IMG/VR virus record: IMGVR_UViG_3300020576_006644
Location: 1 to 64,000 of that record
Reading direction: 5' to 3' (one strand)
Length of the DNA: 64,000 nt
Source of the DNA: a virus
Lineage: Duplodnaviria > Caudoviricetes
In this document: in pieces, positions 61,651 to 64,000 of the stretch
Layout of the letters: each line of letters opens with the position of its first letter
Position numbering within the stretch: position 1 is the stretch's first letter
Made by a program: the position numbers and the translations under genes
The notes under the pieces: generated by a model
The model's database searches: none
What the model saw: only the letters and a program-made list of their open reading frames with translations
Told to the model about the DNA's origin: nothing

Positions 61651-63396
61651 TTAGTTAAAGTAGAACGGTAGACCCTGCTGTAACCACTTGATAGTGACCT
61701 CGTCGGCTTGCTCTCCTTCGCGCATCGCGTCGAATGACACCTTGCAGCGGCCAAAACCCCCGGCTTCCTTCATCCCCTCCTCCATCGCGCGGCAGACCTT
61801 TTCGACCAGGGCGAAATTCGTCTTCTTCTGCCCGATGCGCTTGATGGCGAAACCGTCGGAGAGATCGAAATAGAGCCGCAGCTTTCCAGCGCACTTGTCC
61901 CGCAGGAAGTCCTGACCGGCCACGATACCGGCACCCTCGATGTGGTCCAGGGCGAGGTAGATCGCCTTGCGCGCCTTCTTCTCCGCGGTCTGAAGGGTGT
62001 CCTGGGGATCGATGACGACGCGCAGCTCAGTGCCGTTGGCCGCCGCTACCTTGCCGCGGGCGATCAGCTTCCGGGCGAGGCCGCCGTTGCCGTCCGCGCC
62101 GAACAGCGCCACCGGGATGTCAGCGATCGGGTGCGCGAGGACCTGCTCAACGAAGCCGGCAACTTGCCGCTTGGTGTTGCCGACCGGGTACTCTAGCGGC
62201 GCCGCCGGGTAGGGACTCGGCTTGGCTCCGCCGAGCAGCGGTGTCAGTGTTTTTTTGACCAGCTTGCGGGCCGCCGGGAGCATCGTCGGCTGCTTGAGCT
62301 GCGTGGCCACCGGCACACCAGCAGCGGCCAGGGCCTCGCTGGCGATCATCATGTAGGGGTCGAGGCCGCGGGCGGCCCAGCCTTGCAGCAGATCCCGAGC
62401 CCGCGGCGCGTCGGCGATCATGGCGGCGTTGTGAAGATTGCAGGCCACCATGTCCAGCTCCACCGCGTCGGGGAGCACCATGTGGCGGTAGCGCGCTTTG
62501 ATGTTTCCCGGGGAGCTGAGGGCACCGACACGGGTGGACTCGCTGTCCGGCCTGCCGCCGACCAGGGACCGCCCGACCGCGGCGACCTTGGCGATGGTGG
62601 CGGCACTCTTGAGGTCCTTGTCCGCGAGCGCCTGGGTGATAGCGGCTTTGGCCGGCTCGGCGATCTGCGCCTTAAAGGAGGGGAGTGGGCGGTACGCCTG
62701 CATACGGCGCTTGCGCACCGGGTTCCTGCAGGCGGCGATCTGGGCGTCCACCTGATCGAGCAGCTTCTGGACCTTCTCCACTGGGAGCGTCTTTCTCGGC
62801 TTGCCGGTGGGGCTGTCGATGCGGACCGGCTGGTCGATGACCCCGCGCTTGAGCTTCTCCCGAAACAGCTTGATCTCCGCCACCAGCGCCTCGTTCCAGG
62901 ACAACGCACCAGACCGGCACCACCCGTGCTGCCCGAACATCGGCTGCTCATAGTCCTTCACGTCGAGCTTGAGCCCGGCCACCTCTAACTCGCCGGCGAG
63001 CTTGGCGAGGGCTGCGGCCGGGCTCGGCTCACTGAGCAGCGGCGACAGGTAGCTGAGCCCCTGCATTCGCATGTAGCCCTTGTGCCTGCGGCAAGCCGAT
63101 CGCCCGTAGATCATGTCCTGGACGAAGTACAACCTCGCCCTGGCGGCATCGGTAGTGGTTCGCCACGTCTTACCCACCCCGAGAAACAGGAGCGGATAGA
63201 AGGTGTGGAGCATCTGCCACAGGTCTGAGTTGATGAACAGCTTTCGGTGGCGGGTGAATAGTTTCTCTCGCGTGTCGGCGCGCTTCTGCGCGGCCTCGGC
63301 GAGGTCTTTTTGACGCTTAGTTCGGTCTTCTCCAGCGACTACAAAACACACCGCTGGCATTGACCCGTTGACAGCAGGGTCCAGGTTCGAGTACAT
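61651..63396 (-). CDS. divergent PolA-superfamily palm-domain protein (putative)
   Basis: VELDMVACNL (motif A-like), ARKLVKKTLTPLLGG (B-like), LDHIEG, DLSDGF (C-like). Confidence 0.45.
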   Translation of the reverse strand: MYSNLDPAVNGSMPAVCFVVAGEDRTKRQKDLAEAAQKRADTREKLFTRHRKLFINSDLWQMLHTFYPLLFLGVGKTWRTTTDAARARLYFVQDMIYGRSACRRHKGYMRMQGLSYLSPLLSEPSPAAALAKLAGELEVAGLKLDVKDYEQPMFGQHGWCRSGALSWNEALVAEIKLFREKLKRGVIDQPVRIDSPTGKPRKTLPVEKVQKLLDQVDAQIAACRNPVRKRRMQAYRPLPSFKAQIAEPAKAAITQALADKDLKSAATIAKVAAVGRSLVGGRPDSESTRVGALSSPGNIKARYRHMVLPDAVELDMVACNLHNAAMIADAPRARDLLQGWAARGLDPYMMIASEALAAAGVPVATQLKQPTMLPAARKLVKKTLTPLLGGAKPSPYPAAPLEYPVGNTKRQVAGFVEQVLAHPIADIPVALFGADGNGGLARKLIARGKVAAANGTELRVVIDPQDTLQTAEKKARKAIYLALDHIEGAGIVAGQDFLRDKCAGKLRLYFDLSDGFAIKRIGQKKTNFALVEKVCRAMEEGMKEAGGFGRCKVSFDAMREGEQADEVTIKWLQQGLPFYFN

Positions 63397-63542
63397 CTTT
63401 ACCTACGAGGCAGCGGGTCGGAATCTACCAAGATCTTCGGCTCGGTGTAAAGGGTCAAACGACCAAAAGTCCCCTTCAGCAAGGGCAGCGGTTATGGCCC
63501 CGGCGGTAGCGCGAGTTGCCGCCGGGGCTGATCGCCTCCCTC

Positions 63543-64000
63543 CTAGGGCTTGGTCCAGGTGATGAGTACCGTCGAAACGTCGGTCCCCTCCTTGGAGAAG
63601 GTCCCCGCCGGCAGCTCCTCGATTTCCCCGCCGATCGCCAGGGCCTCGCGCAGCCCCTTATAAAGGGCGGTCTCGCGGAAGGTCACGCCGGCCGAGGCAA
63701 TTGCAGCCAGCCGGCCACCGGGGCGGAGGAACTTCATCGCGTGCAGGATGTGGCGAGCCTCCTGCCCCTTGGAGAACGGCGGGTTCATGACCACCGCGTC
63801 GTAGGTCGCCTCTGGCATCTTTTGAAGAAAATCGCCGCCTTGCGTGCAGAACCCCGCCACGATTAACTTTGCGGCCCGAGCTGGGTCCTGCTCGTAGCAA
63901 TAAACCTGAGGGGTGATCGCCTTCGCCTCCGCCGCGATGCGGCCAAGCCCGGCGGACGGCTCCAGCACAAGATCGCCTGCCCGAACAGCCCAGGCCACCA
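63543..64000 (-). CDS. DNA adenine methyltransferase (partial, 5' end outside the window)
   Basis: VLEPSAGLG motif I and VMNPPF motif IV. Confidence 0.85.
   Translation of the reverse strand, partial: VAWAVRAGDLVLEPSAGLGRIAAEAKAITPQVYCYEQDPARAAKLIVAGFCTQGGDFLQKMPEATYDAVVMNPPFSKGQEARHILHAMKFLRPGGRLAAIASAGVTFRETALYKGLREALAIGGEIEELPAGTFSKEGTDVSTVLITWTKP

Overview
The window is part of a GC-rich tailed dsDNA phage genome (contractile tail; no capsid, terminase, integrase, tRNA or CRISPR array seen). The host is probably a Myxococcota bacterium, inferred from LexA-box-like operators matching the M. xanthus consensus, sigma54 promoters and myxobacterial-type lipoprotein, HTH and EAD-like domains. 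From 0.1 to 34.9 kb, neck, tail and baseplate genes on the + strand are repeatedly interrupted by - strand cassettes of non-structural genes. From 34.9 to 64 kb a - strand replication/recombination arm encodes SbcCD, an SSB, a UDG-PolA fusion, primase, DnaB, RecQ and methyltransferases. Main findings: (1) A RAMP/Cas7-like gene (22554-23171) is flanked by GGY-NN pentamer arrays ending in ATCCAAGG. The variable NN dinucleotides, read as a gapped reverse complement, spell codon positions 1-2 of diverged versions of the two neighbouring baseplate genes. This is a candidate RNA-guided system with a non-contiguous, wobble-skipping code aimed at related phages. (2) A 6.3-kb zone (10994-17337) contains one GGG and no CCC by manual scan, has its edges inside structural genes, and holds divergent sigma54-driven small genes. 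(3) Thirteen co-oriented 22-bp LexA-box-like operators sit at gene boundaries. (4) The structural genes have leaderless -10 promoters and meet the - strand cassettes in 4-bp stop-to-stop overlaps. All product calls come from motif recognition by eye, with no database searches.
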